Assembly (NCBI RefSeq): GCF_001194135.2
Contig: NC_068984.1
Span: 69,370,175 to 69,434,174 of the forward strand
Direction: 5' to 3'
Source: Octopus bimaculoides
Taxonomy: Eukaryota
Length of the DNA: 64,000 nt
Shown: in pieces, positions 28,136 through 40,850 of the stretch
Position numbering within the stretch: the stretch's first letter is position 1
How the letters are laid out: every line of letters starts with the position of its first letter
Made by a program: the position numbers and the translations under genes
Notes under the pieces: model-generated
What the model was told of the DNA's origin: nothing
Databases searched by the model: none
Seen by the model: the letters and a program-made list of their open reading frames with translations, nothing else

Positions 28136-28974
28136 GAGAGAGAGAGAGGGAGCATGATAGATAGATATTGCATTATAAACATCAAAGAATAAATTCGTCA
28201 GAATTAGTAAGAAAAATTATGGAATGTTTTCCATACAAATGACAGTTAGCGATTATTTAGGAACAGATTTTTGTTTTTTTTTATTTTAATTAGGAAAAAT
28301 TTGATACCATGAAAAGTATGAATTAAGAGTTAATTGCACAGTAACGAATATGAAGCGGTTTTTGTTCTAAGGAACTATGCATTAAAACATATGTTACATT
28401 TTTTTTGCAAAAAATAAAGTTTCATTAGTTGATTGATAGAAAATGTAAATATAAATCTGAGCTGTAATTAGTAAATGGGTGGAGAAAATATCTGATTTGC
28501 AAATTAATTATTATTTTGATTTATATAACTTTCTAGGTGAATTTCAAACGACGAAGGGTTTTTTTTTTGTATGAAATTCAATAATACTTTTTTTAGTACT
28601 ATATTCTTCAAATCAATAAAACTTTGTACAATTTAAAAAATATATTTTGATCCTTAGTTACAGTATAGTACCTAGACATTAATTGTCCTGTAAATGTTAT
28701 TTAGAAATTATATAACTTTATATATAAATTTTAAGAGCTGACATATTTTTATATGACATATAATTTCAGGTTGAGAAAACCTTATACATTACAAATATTA
28801 AAAAAAAAAGTTTAAATGAGTTTAACTCTTAGAATAATTCAAAAGCCAGATTTTAATTGATTAACTAAATGTGATTAAAGTTAAATGCATGTCGAGAATT
28901 GAATTAAATTGTAATATACCATCCCTTTCCAAAAGTTACCATCCTTTTCTTCTATCTTTTGTCTCTTATTCTTA

Positions 28975-29330
28975 CATGTTTTGGTCATTAGATTGCAGCC
29001 ATGCTGAGGTAACACCTTGAAGGTTCTTTAGTCAAATGAATTGTTCCTAGTACTTTTTTGTTTTGTAAGTCTGGTACTTATTCTATCATCTCTGTTTGCT
29101 GAACTGCTAAGTTTTGGGGACAGAAACATTTAAACATCAGTTGTCAAGCAGTGATGGGGGACAAACTGACGCAAAATCACATGCGCATGCACACACACAC
29201 ACTCACTTACGCACATACATACACACACACAAATGCATATACACACGTGTGAACAGACATGCACACACATACATACACCTAAACACTCACACATACACAA
29301 GCACACTCACACACGCTCTCTAATACACTT
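28975..29330 (-). mobile_element. Bipartite SINE with internal (CA)n
   Basis: GCAGCCATGCTGAGG..CTGGTACTTATTCTATC..CAGTTGTCAAGCAG then (CA)n; same family as 55405-55690. Confidence 0.7.
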
Positions 29331-29572
29331 AGCTCTCCAAAATCATTCAATCTTTCTTGATATTATTTCTATTCTGTATAAGTCGGACCTTTTTGTATGT
29401 CAACATATATACATATTTTGTATTTAATGTATTTAATATTCTTTGTATATCAACCTGCTTAACTGGGTTAGTCTTACATTAAATCCTCTACTTGCTCAAG
29501 TTTAAACCTTTGAGTACTACTAAGTGTATTTTTACAGAAAATATCTGATTCTCATCTATGAACTACGTGTGT

Positions 29573-29608
<36 letters not shown>

Positions 29609-30204
29609 NNNNNNNNNNNNNNNNNNNNNNNNNNNNNNNNNNNNNNNNNNNNNNNNNNNNNNNNNNNNNNNNNNNNNNNNNNNNNNNNNNNNNNNNNNNN
29701 NNNNNNNNNNNNNNNNNNNNNNNNNNNNNNNNNNNNNNNNNNNNNNNNNNNNNNNNNNNNNNNNNNNNNNNNNNNNNNNNNNNNNNNNNNNNNNNNNNNN
29801 NNNNNNNNNNNNNNNNNNNNNNNNNNNNNNNNNNNNNNNNNNNNNNNNNNNNNNNNNNNNNNNNNNNNNNNNNNNNNNNNNNNNNNNNNNNNNNNNNNNN
29901 NNNNNNNNNNNNNNNNNNNNNNNNNNNNNNNNNNNNNNNNNNNNNNNNNNNNNNNNNNNNNNNNNNNNNNNNNNNNNNNNNNNNNNNNNNNNNNNNNNNN
30001 NNNNNNNNNNNNNNNNNNNNNNNNNNNNNNNNNNNNNNNNNNNNNNNNNNNNNNNNNNNNNNNNNNNNNNNNNNNNNNNNNNNNNNNNNNNNNNNNNNNN
30101 NNNNNNNNNNNNNNNNNNNNNNNNNNNNNNNNNNNNNNNNNNNNNNNNNNNNNNNNNNNNNNNNNNNNNNNNNNNNNNNNNNNNNNNNNNNNNNNNNNNN
30201 NNNN

Positions 30205-31635
30205 CATACATACTATACATACTATATATACACATCACAGGTTTTATTCAGGTTCTGCTTTTCAAATCAAGGCTTTAGTCAGCCAGAGGCTATAGTAGAA
30301 ATCACTTGCCCAAGGTGACACACAGTGGGATTGAACGTAGAACCATCTATCAAGTCATCCCAAAAGTTCTGTCCAAATTTTGAATAAAAGAAACAAGTGA
30401 TCAAATGTTATATTTAAATGAAATTTAATCACCAATGTACTTTCCCTGATTATCTATGACTTCCTTCCATCTGTTTACAAGCTTTTTAATCCCATCAATG
30501 TAAAACTCTTTTGGTTTCAATGCGAAGAACTCTGAAATGTCAGTTCAACCTCCTCTTGGCTTGCAAAAGCTATTGTTCCCTAAATGATTATGTAAACTAT
30601 GAAACAAACGGTAGTCTGAAGAAGCAAGGTTGGGAGAATAAGGTGGATGAGGAATTTTTGCCAACCAATCTCTTCGATCTTCTGTGATGTGATCTTTGCA
30701 GTGTGGGGTTGCGCATTGTCCTGATAACACATCACTCATTTTTGATTCACTAAAGCGGGTCTTCTTTTCTTCAAAGCTTGGTTCAAACACTCTAATTGCT
30801 GATAGTAGACTTGAGCATTGATTGTTGCATTAGGTGGTAACAATTCAAAGCGAATTACTCCTTTGCAATCAACCAGATAGAGAGAAGAACCTTTCTCTTA
30901 TGGAGTTCCCTTTTCGGTTGTGGTTGAGCTTTTCCCTTTTACCAAGCCAATGTTTACGATGTTTAACATTTCTATAGAAGATCCATTTTCCATCACCAGT
31001 CACAAGTCTATCCAAAATGGGTGAAATGAGTTTGCGAGAATGGAGTTCTCGATTGCTTTTGAACAATTCATGAAGCATCCATTTTTCAAGTTTAGGAACC
31101 TTTCCAAGTTGTTGAAGATGATGATGAACAGTTGTATGGTTTGAACTAAGCTTCATTGCCAATTCTTCAACTGATAATGCAGGATTTTTTTCAAGTAATG
31201 CCTCATCAAACTCAACTGGACGTCCTGTTCAATCTTCATCTTCAACGCTAAAATCTCCACTTCTGAATTTTGCAAACCATCTTCTGCAAGTTCTTTTATT
31301 CAAGCATTCTTTCCCATAAACTGAGTGTTTGTTTTGAGTCACTTCGGCTGCAGAGTTTCCTTTTTTGTACTCATAAAGCATTATGTACCTCAAATGCTCT
31401 TTGCATACTTCCATGTTAGAAAGGGTTTTAATCAAAGAAATTTTAATTCTATTATTCTGTAAAATAATATTTAGTTAGTTTAAATATACACAAATACATA
31501 AAAATAATTTTTAATTCCATTAGACATTCCAAAATACTATTAAATTTCATTCAATTTCAAAAAAAAGGTAAAATCGAACAGAACTTATGGGATGACCTGA
31601 TCGTTGGGAAGGAAATTTTTCCCACTTAGCCATAT
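30205..31635 (-). mobile_element. SINE split by the mariner insertion (30205-30349 and 31601-31635)
   Basis: Left flank CACTTGCCCAAGG..CAGTGGGATTGAACGTAGAACCATC continues after the transposon as GTTGGGAAGG..CCCACTTAGCCAT. Confidence 0.7.
30350..31600 (-). mobile_element. Full-length mariner (Tc1/mariner, DD34D-type) transposon with decayed transposase
   Basis: TIRs TCAAGTCATCCCAAAAGTTCTGTCC (from 30350) and the reverse complement TCAGGTCATCCCATAAGTTCTGTTC (ending 31600); TA at 30348-30349. Transposase from ATG at 31414: HLRYIMLYEYKKG..RTCRRWFAKFRSGDFS..LVTGDGKW..QDNAQPH..HPPYSPNLASSDYRLF. Length 1251 bp. Confidence 0.95.
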
Positions 31636-31672
31636 TTGTGCCTATGTAATGAAAATTGTATAATAATTATAA

Positions 31673-31870
31673 AGTGGTGAGTTGGTGGAATCTTTAGCAT
31701 GCCAGGCATGATACTTAGCAGCATTTCCTTTGTCTTTACATTCTGAGTTCAAAGTTCATTGAGGTCCACTTTGCTTTTCATCTATAATAAGTACCAGTTG
31801 AGCACAGGGGTTGAAGTAATCGACTTAACCCCTCCTACCAAATTGCTGGCCTCATGGCAAAATGTATAAT
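31673..31870 (+). mobile_element. SINE, same family as 13591-14228
   Basis: GTGGTGAGTTGGTGGAATC..TTCTGAGTTCAAA..AAGTACCAGTTGAGCACAGGGG. Confidence 0.8.
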
Positions 31871-31887
31871 AAATATTATTGACATTT

Positions 31888-32250
31888 GTGAAGGCACATG
31901 GCTGAGTGGTTAGAGCATCAAATCTTATGATCACGAAGTTGTGATTTCGATTCCTGGACCGGCTGCGTGTTGTGTTCTTGAGCAAGACACTTTATTTTCA
32001 TGTTGCTCCAGTTGACTTAACTGTAGAAATGAGTTGCAACATCACTAGTGCCAAGCTATATCAGCCTTTGCATTTCCCTTGGATAACATTGATGGCATGG
32101 AGAAGGGAGGCTGGTATGCATGGGCAACAGCTGGTCTTCCATAAAAACAACCCTAGGTTGTGCGTTCGCTGGTGAGGTGACTTTCTGCCCAGACCTCTAT
32201 CCTGGAGAGGAACCTGTTAGGTGCACCTATGGTGATTCATGATTGACAAA
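31888..32250 (+). mobile_element. tRNA-derived SINE with Pol III A/B boxes
   Basis: A box TGGCTGAGTGG (31899-31909), B box-like GATTTCGATTCC (31943-31954), then conserved GTGTTCTTGAGCAAGACACTTT core. Confidence 0.8.
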
Positions 32251-32282
32251 GTTGAGTTTTTAGTTATTGACATTTATATATA

Positions 32283-32580
32283 CAGGCATATAAAGGAGTT
32301 TGCTTCCCAATCACATGGTTCTGGGTTCAGTTTCACTGCAGGGCATCTTGAGCAAGTGTGAGTGGATTTGTAAACTGAAAGAAGTCTGTCATGCGTGTGT
32401 GTGTGTGTGTGTGCTTGTTTGTCTCTCTGTTACCACTTGACAACTGGTGTTGGTTTGTTTATATCCCCATCACCACCCATAACTTAGTAGTTCATCAAAA
32501 GGAATCAAGAGAATAATTACCAGATTTAAAAAATTATGTACTGGAGTAAATTTATTCAGCTAAACCCTTCAAAGCAATGG
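32283..32580 (+). mobile_element. Bipartite SINE with internal (GT)n
   Basis: CACATGGTTCTGGGTTCAG head, (GT)n, then ACCACTTGACAACTGGTGTTGGTTTGTTTA. Minus-strand relatives at 28975-29330, 36570-36720 and 55405-55690. Confidence 0.7.
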
Positions 32581-32582
32581 TG

Positions 32583-32800
32583 GAAGCATGTGGCTTATTG
32601 GTTAGTGTGTTGGACTCATGATTATAAGATTGTGGTTTTGATTCCTAGACTGAGCGACGCATTGTGTTCTTGAGCAAAATACTTCATTTCATACTGCTCC
32701 AGTTCACTCAGCTAGCAAAAATGTGTAATCCACCGATGGACCGGCGTCCCATCCATGTACAGAATTTATACACCGTAGAAATCAGAAAACCAGCCCCTAA
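32583..32800 (+). mobile_element. tRNA-derived SINE
   Basis: TGGCTTATTGG A-box-like, GGTTTTGATTCC B-box-like, TGTGTTCTTGAGCAAAATACTT core; relative at 22590-22830. Confidence 0.75.
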
Positions 32801-33197
32801 GTAAGATAGCCTTTTCATTTAGAATGAATCACAAAATTTGCTACTTATTTTCAAAAGAAAGACATGCTGTGAATTTTTGCAAGAATGTGGGCTCCGCAAA
32901 ATGCACAAAAGGCCCATTTGGTAGTGCTAAATCTGTTGGTGAATTAAGTCTAACACATAAAAACAATAGCCACATATATGCCAATAGTTGATAGAAAGAA
33001 ACTCACATAAGACACGCATGCAAATGCTTGCTTCATACAACAATACACTTATATACATACACATGCAGTCTTTCATGTATAGTATTTCATCTTTCTGTCT
33101 CTGTCTGTTTGACTCTCTTACAGACCTATACATGTCCTCATTCACAGTGTTTCTCTCTGTGTTATGTATGTGCACGTGTAGACACTCACACATACAT

Positions 33198-33238
<41 letters not shown>

Positions 33239-34669
33239 CACACTCAGGCACAGACACACAGAGAGGCACAGACACACACAGAGACACAGACACACACATG
33301 TACAGCCACACTTTCAAATATTTATGATGATGAAAGCATACATACATACACACACACTCACTCACACATTCACATACAAACATTAATACATCATGTACAA
33401 TTTTACAATCTGACACACATCCACACGCACACAATTGAAAATAGACTCACTCAAACACACACACACACACTCACACACACACATACACTTATTCCCACAT
33501 GCTCACACATATATACAAACACACAGAGACTTAGATGTGCATTCACAACCCAAGAGATGCAATCCAAAGAAGTAGTCTATGATTAATGTTATTGGTTTTC
33601 AAAAATGTGCTTTTGTTCTATATATGTGACACAAGTATTTTGCCTTACATAATATATACAAGCCAAGATGCTTAAAACATAAAGAAAGACTATGTTGTTA
33701 TTGCTATTGGGAATATTATTCCACAAAAGCACAAGATATGAGATGAAATCTCCTGCCAACAACATGAAAGATCATTGGTCAGTTATAGTTTCTCTGTTGC
33801 TGCTTCTGATATCAAAACTCACAAGATTGTAAAACACGAGTTTTACTTCATTGATACATTGATTCATTGATACTTGACTGTTGGCTATGAGACGAAGTCT
33901 GACTATAGCTGTCATATTTCAGTTTTCCCAACAGCACAATGTTCCAAATGTGTCTCAAATATTTTTTTCATATTTTTTAAATTTCAAATTTGTTTTTAAT
34001 TTCTTTACTGCATGCACAAGGACTATTGACCAACATATCAAAAATAAATGAGATTTTCAAAATCTATTGATATGGAGTTCTAAAATTAGTCATAATATAC
34101 TTTAAAATTCATTAGATTTAATAGCTGGTTATAAAATCTAAAAGTTGTTAGATATCATAGGATGAGAATGCATTGAATATAGCTTCTTTTTATTTTTGTT
34201 CAACTTTCAGTATGCAAATTATGCATTGATTATAACAATGTAATTAGCAAAATTATTCAAAATAATCATGACACATAACTCAAATTTTATTAATCTGAAA
34301 GAAACTAAAAACTACTAATATTAATTATTTTTGTCGTTGTTGGTCAGCCTAAGACAGCTCTGAATCAGTAGACATATGAATAAGGTGTTGCAGCAATGAT
34401 TATTCAATGTGTCCTTTCTTGTTAAGAGTGTTGCTTGAGATTGATAAGCACTTGCTATTTCAGGATACTAAACAGCCATATATGGGATCATTCAAATATA
34501 CTACTTTCTTCTTTAGATGCAGGTGCAGGTTTAGTTGAGAAAGAGTATGGTTGAATATATTAGTTAACAGACCTCAGTATATTCCTGCTATTTATGAATT
34601 AATTACAAAGATTTTTATGTATGTAATGGAGGAAAGTGTTGTATACAGTGCTTAGGTGCACTACAACAA

Positions 34670-35420
34670 AAAAAAATAAAAGGCCATCAGGTGTACTGTT
34701 GACGGATTTCAGGAAGCATGGAAGTTTTGAAGGATGTAGTGTCTCAACAGCTAACAACTGATGCGGGTAGTTTATTCTATGCTTCAGTAAATCTGAATGT
34801 GAAGAAATGTTTCTGAAAACCATGGGTGCTGTGTATTTTGATTTTATAAGCATGTCCATGAGTGTTTGTCATATGGAATCCAAAAAGGTGCCCAAGGTTG
34901 TTGTTGGAAAAATGGTGGATAATTTTGTGGGTGTCTACCACGTCAGTTGCCGTGGATACATTGAGCTTCAATGTATCCATGCCCAGCGAAGCAAGACATT
35001 CAGAGTATAGTCGGTATCTGACAGAGGGTATTCGTTTGGTTGCACGTTTCTGAACAGTTTCCAGGAGATTTGTATGCTGAGCAAGATAGGGGTTCCCGAC
35101 TGGTGATGCAAATTCCAATTGTCATATACAATTTTAAATAGCTAGCTGGAGAGTAGCTGACAAAGGTCTTACTGAGTGATGTTAGCACCCACTCAGCCTT
35201 CTTGACAATCTTAGAGATGTGGATTGTCCAAAACAGATCGTTGTTTACAACAATGCTCAAATCACATCCGCCAAAAGACTTCTTGAGATTGGTGTTGATG
35301 AGGGGAGTATGTAAAGGCTGGATTTCTCCTTCTGAAATGCATAGTGATGCACTTGTATACAGCTAGCTTGAGTTGTCAGTCAGAAATCTGCTGCATAGTA
35401 TCCAGTTCTAATTGCAGGAA
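34670..35420 (-). mobile_element. CR1/L2-group LINE, RT C-terminal fragment with 3' end
   Basis: IVVNNDLFWTIHISKIVKKAE.., EFASPVGNPYLAQHTNLLETVQKRATKRIP, THGHAYKI..FQKHFFTFRFTEAWNKLP; frameshifted. Confidence 0.85.
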
Positions 35421-35535
35421 AGATCTATAGTGCATAGGATCTGTTCTTTTTTTACATAACTGATTCAAGATATTATATGCACAATTGTTTGATGGCAAAA
35501 TGTAGCTCTAAGGAATGATATCACAAGAACCAGCA

Positions 35536-35749
35536 AGGTGGTGGGCAGGTAGAATAGTTACTGCACTGAGCAAAATACTTGGCAGCATTTCGTCTGTTTG
35601 TATGTTCTCAGTTTGAATTCAGCCAAGGTAGACTTTGCCTTTCATTCTTTTGGGGTCAATAAAAAAAGCATCAGTTAAACAATGAGATCAATGTAATCAA
35701 CTTACTGACCCCACTGAAATTTTCTGGCCTTGTTCCAAAATTTGAAACC
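35536..35749 (+). mobile_element. SINE, same family as 13591-14228
   Basis: GGTGGTGGGCAGG..GCATTTCGTCTG..GACTTTGCCTTTCATTCTTTTGGGGTCAATAA..TTTGAAACC. Confidence 0.8.
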
Positions 35750-36822
35750 ACCAGTTTGAGGAAGCAAATATCAGCAAAGCCAACTGTTGTAAAACCTTGT
35801 TATGTTGAACATTAGTAACATAGAATAGCCCATTATATTGAGTGTCTGGGGAAAGGACTTATTGTCATAAAATGAAATAATATAGTTAAAATAGCAGACA
35901 CAAAATATAGTGTGTTATTTATGAAACTGCAATGGCAGGTGCTGTGTTATACAATTGCTACTGTTGACATTTTTCAACAGATCGTTTGCTAATTTCATAG
36001 GAAACTTTTAAGAATTATTCTAAAATTGTTCTTAAATTGTTCAACATTAGTCAGTGCTTATCCAAAATGGAACATGTGTTCCAGCCCAAACCATCTCGAT
36101 TTATGTTTTTCAGATACAGTGTGTTATTAAAATACTTTATAAAATAAGTCATCTCGTTTTAAGGATGTGACTTTAGGGAGATTTGGTTTATATATATTTG
36201 TCTTCAAATGCGATTTGCAGACTCAGTTCCTCTCAAGATTTTTCTCTTCTCTTTCCTTCACTTAGACACCTGGTCCCCTCCACTAAGCTCATAGTAAATG
36301 GAATTCACTTTTATTGTAATTTTTATCATCACCCAAGTTCCCCTTATTTTATTTAATTCTCGCTCTCTCAGCACACTCACATACAAACTCATTCATAGAA
36401 ACTTTTTAAGACTTATTCTAAAATTGTTCTTAAATTTTTCAGCTCTGATACAAAAGCCATCTCCAATTATTCAATCTCTCCATCACTCTCCTATCTACTG
36501 TATTGCATAGACATATAAATTTGTACATATGTATACATTACACACACATACATACTTATATATATGTGTGATTTTTAAAGCCTGTTACTTATTCTAACAG
36601 CCATTTATATTGAACTGGTAAGTCACAGGAACATAAACAAACCAACACCAGTTGTCAAGCAGAGACGGGGAAGAAACACAGACACAAAGACACATGCATA
36701 GGTACATACATACATATATACATACATATATATATATCTATATATATATATCTATATATATATATATACTTACATACATACTTATTTGTATATGTATATA
36801 TATATGCATATATATGTATGTA

Positions 36823-36853
<31 letters not shown>

Positions 36854-36942
36854 NNNNNNNNNNNNNNNNNNNNNNNNNNNNNNNNNNNNNNNNNNNNNNN
36901 NNNNNNNNNNNNNNNNNNNNNNNNNNNNNNNNNNNNNNNNNG

Positions 36943-37122
36943 TATTAACGCTTTGATTAATTTCTTTAACTTGTCAATTAGAATTTTTTGAATGTACAAA
37001 CAGCTTGTTTATTTATATAAAACAGATGTTTTTGGGGGGTTTTGTTTAGAAGAGAACATTGTTTTTGTTTTTGGGAGAGGTTCCATTACAATGGAGAAAG
37101 ATAGAAATATAGGTAGGTAGAC

Positions 37123-37173
<51 letters not shown>

Positions 37174-37458
37174 AAAATGGATAGATAGTCAGACAGATAT
37201 CTGTCTGTCTATGCATCTATGTTTCTATGTATGTATGCATCTATCTATTTATCTATCTATCTATCTATCTACCTACCTATATTTCTATCTATCTCCATTG
37301 TCATATAATCTCTCCCAAAAAAAACAAAAAAAAAGCAATGTTCTCTTCTTTTAAACAAAACCTCCACAAAAACACATGTTTTATATAAGTGAACAAGCTG
37401 CTTGTACATTCACAAAATTCTATTTGACAAGTTCGAGAAAGGAATGAAAGCGCTAATA
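36943..37458. repeat. ~515-bp foldback palindrome with (GATA)n/(TATC)n arms
   Basis: Arms are reverse complements around the centre CAGACAGAT|ATCTGTCTG (37198/37199), e.g. TTAACTTGTCAATTAGAATTTT vs AAAATTCTATTTGACAAGTT. Confidence 0.9.
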
Positions 37459-37546
37459 TTAATAAAGAAATAAAAATACTTTTTTCTCAATATTCAATTT
37501 CTGTACACCACACCTAACACTCTCTGCCTCTCCCTCTCCCTCCCCC

Positions 37547-37579
<33 letters not shown>

Positions 37580-37772
37580 CATACATACATACATATATAG
37601 ATATATTAAAATTGGGGCCAACAAATTTTTAGAATCTGACAATACACCATAAATCTAAACCCTTTATGGACAGGAAACCTAAAGAAATCCTATAAACCAG
37701 CCTTCTCCAATTTTAATATATACTGCTTTACATGTTAGAGTGTGCTTCTTCTGTCAGATTTATGTTTTTACA

Positions 37773-37852
<80 letters not shown>

Positions 37853-37904
37853 GACAGTCTTCTCTCAGTTTTCATCTACCACATCCAATCGTAAGTCTTT
37901 GGTC

Positions 37905-38345
37905 AAGGTAGTCGCAGTCTGGGGAGATAGATGTTAGGGGTGATGTGGTCACAGAAATTGTCTGACCGCCATGACTGGGATTCCCTGCTTTTGTAGCATG
38001 CTGCAGAGTCCTGTTGCCGGACATAGGGTCTTCCAGCAGCCACCCACTTGACTCAGGGCAGCGCTATCTCCTCCAGGCACTTGATGTAGGCCGCTGTGTT
38101 GAGTCTTGGAAGATGAATGGAGATATAATGTTGTCATCACTAATGATCACTGCAAACCCCATGATGTTGTCTGGATGTTTGATTTTTATCACACTCGGTA
38201 ATGTTCTCAGATTGACACCCAAACACAAACACACTGGTGCAAATGCCAAACAGTACAGCATGTCATTTCCAAATTTCTGGCAGAGTGAACTGTCATGGGG
38301 CTTTTTTCTCACATACGGTGCCCTACTGATCCTACTATACTGTGT
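37905..38345 (-). mobile_element. Tc1/mariner-superfamily (probably DD37D/maT-type) transposase fragment
   Basis: VIKIKHPDNIMGFAVIISDDNIISPFIF, frameshift, LNTAAYIKCLEEIALP*VKWVAAGRPYVRQQDSAAC..WRSDNFCDHITPNI; catalytic-core region with QQD motif. No TIRs found. Confidence 0.8.
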
Positions 38346-38395
38346 AGTCAGCAAAATCAAAAACAATGTGTATTAAAAGAGATAGCCTGCTTTCT

Positions 38396-39363
38396 ACTGT
38401 GGAAACCTTTGACGAGAAACAGGATCATATTGATTGAATTTCGAAATCACATGATAAGGTGTTATCAAACTACTTCACTCTGTGAATGTTTCTTGTAAAG
38501 AATGATGTTATGGCTTGCAGCTCACAGTTCCAAATATTTCATGAGATTAGTGCTTTTGTGTAGGTGTTTCAGTTAAATTTTGGCTTTCATTTCTAGCAAT
38601 TGTAAGTGCTATTTAGCATCCTCATTTATTAATTTTACGTTTTTGGTTTTAATTGCTATAGCCGCCTATATTATAATGTATTAATTAATAATATCAAGGG
38701 TAATTAGAAATATTAGAAATTTCTATAACCAGTGGCCTAGCCTGTAAAAATTTAGTCCATAGACTATATATTATTCATATAAATACAGTGTATATTTAAA
38801 CACATAAGAGGTATCCATCATAGGATTCCCTAACGCTAGAAAGAACAGCTAAGTTCCAAACCACTATTGGGGATAAAATTTTCGAAAGGAATGAAAAATA
38901 AATCGTAAATGTTTTTATTTTTCATTCCCTTTGAAATTTTATCCCTATTAGTGGTTTGGAACTTAGCTGTTCTTTCTAGCGTGAGGGAATCCTATGATGG
39001 ATACCTTTTATGTGTTTAAATGTACACTGTATTTATATATTATAATGTATTTGATATATCTAAATATATTAATATATTATTTTAAATCTTATTGTATGCT
39101 ACCACACACTTTAACTGTTTTGAATTTTAGTGCTCACTTTTCAACGGTTTTTCTCATGAACTAATGGGAGGCAGGGTATCCCCTTTAACCTGGAATAACT
39201 GTGGAAACCTCTGATGAGAAACAAGATCATATTGATCAAATTTCAAAATCACGGGATAAAATTTTATCAAACTACTTCATACTGTGAGTTTATCTCACCA
39301 AAGAAAGCTGTTGTGGCTTGCTGCTCACAGCCCCAAATATTTCATAAGGTGAGTGCTTTTGTG
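38396..39363 (+). repeat. Two diverged ~166-bp direct repeats (38396-38562, 39198-39363)
   Basis: Both start ACTGTGGAAACCT and end GTGCTTTTGTGT; roughly 80% identical by eye. Confidence 0.85.
38777..39038. repeat. ~260-bp near-perfect hairpin (MITE-like)
   Basis: ~125-bp arms (38777-38902 and 38914-39038) with about 7-8 differences and an 11-nt loop. Confidence 0.93.
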
Positions 39364-39677
39364 TGGCTATTCTAAGTATATGTATATGTGTGTGTGTGTG
39401 TGTGTGTAATAGTGATATTTCTATATCATTTAATATGTATATTTCAGGTTTGCATAATATGTAATAGGAGATGTACTCATTAATTCATTATGTAAACCAT
39501 CCTCAGTTAAAGCATTTACAAAAATTTCAAAAATAGCTGGTTTTAACTCCACTTGTCCAGATACTCTAACAATGATTAAAAGCAATTTTTTTATATTTGA
39601 CTCAAGTTGAAAATTCTGATGCCATACACCACTTCTTAGCATAGCATGAAATATGTATATATATATATATGTGTGTA

Positions 39678-39719
<42 letters not shown>

Positions 39720-40151
39720 GATATATATATATATATATATATATAGATAGATAGATAGATATTGTTTAATGAACACATATATTTTTATAAACTACTAATA
39801 GTTTTAGCTTATAAAAATATATACCATGCTCATTAAAGAATGTTTATCTGTCATCAGATGAAGTATTTTTTGAGTGGTCTTACCTTCACAGAACAGTATA
39901 CTATATGTGAGTATGCATGTGTGTGTATGATGTATGTAGGCATGTATGTATGTATGCAGATATATATATATATAGAGAGAGCAAGATTTGGTAAAACAAA
40001 TGGGTGAAATAAATATGTACTCAACATGAGTACATATTTTTAAAATTTTAATTGGCAGAAATTAAAAACTGACACAAGTTTGATAAGCACCTTGCACAAA
40101 ACTCAACTGTTGTGTCATTTTGTAACATCTGCTGATTAAAAAACATATATA

Positions 40152-40191
<40 letters not shown>

Positions 40192-40734
40192 AAAGATTTT
40201 GCTAACTGAACAAAAATGCTGACAGATTTTTTTGAAAGAGAATAGTCTTGGATTTTTACCATTTTCGTTTTTTCATTCTTTTTCCCCTTTGCACAGGAAT
40301 TTTTTGCTTTGAAACAAATTGTCATTTTCATTTGGACAATATGCATTTAGCTTGTTTGGATTTTGTCTTGCCTTTTTATTTTATTTTATTTTAGCAATAT
40401 ATTATTTTTCCTATGCGAAAATATTAGGGAAAAACACAATTATGCAACAATGCAAGTATAAATAACAGACAACAACACCAAAGATTGTACAGTATGGTTT
40501 CATTCACAATTTAAGCATCATTTTTTTTTTGTGTGTGTGTGTGTCTGGTGGTGTTGGAGGGTCTTCTTTCTTATGCCCTGACAAAAATACATAAAAACGA
40601 TGACTCACTAGGAGAAAACAGAATTTTGTTTTTAAATATAAAACTCCAGAAAAATACAATGGAGAGAAAAGGAAAAAAAATAACTTGTTTATAAAATTGA
40701 TTTATTTGATATCTGCTTCTGCTAAAAATAAATA

Positions 40735-40782
40735 ACAGTAGCAGCAGCAATAGTAGTAGTAGTAGTAGTCGTAGTAGTAGTC

Positions 40783-40850
<68 letters not shown>
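40735..40850. repeat. (TAG)n microsatellite
   Basis: Direct inspection; source of the poly-Leu ORF. Confidence 0.98.

Noticed and set aside
31888-31960. tRNA gene
   Set aside because: A/B boxes are present but there is no cloverleaf; it continues into a SINE body.
35999-36445. ~45-bp direct repeat (35999 and 36397)
   Set aside because: Short AT-rich local duplication with no associated structure.
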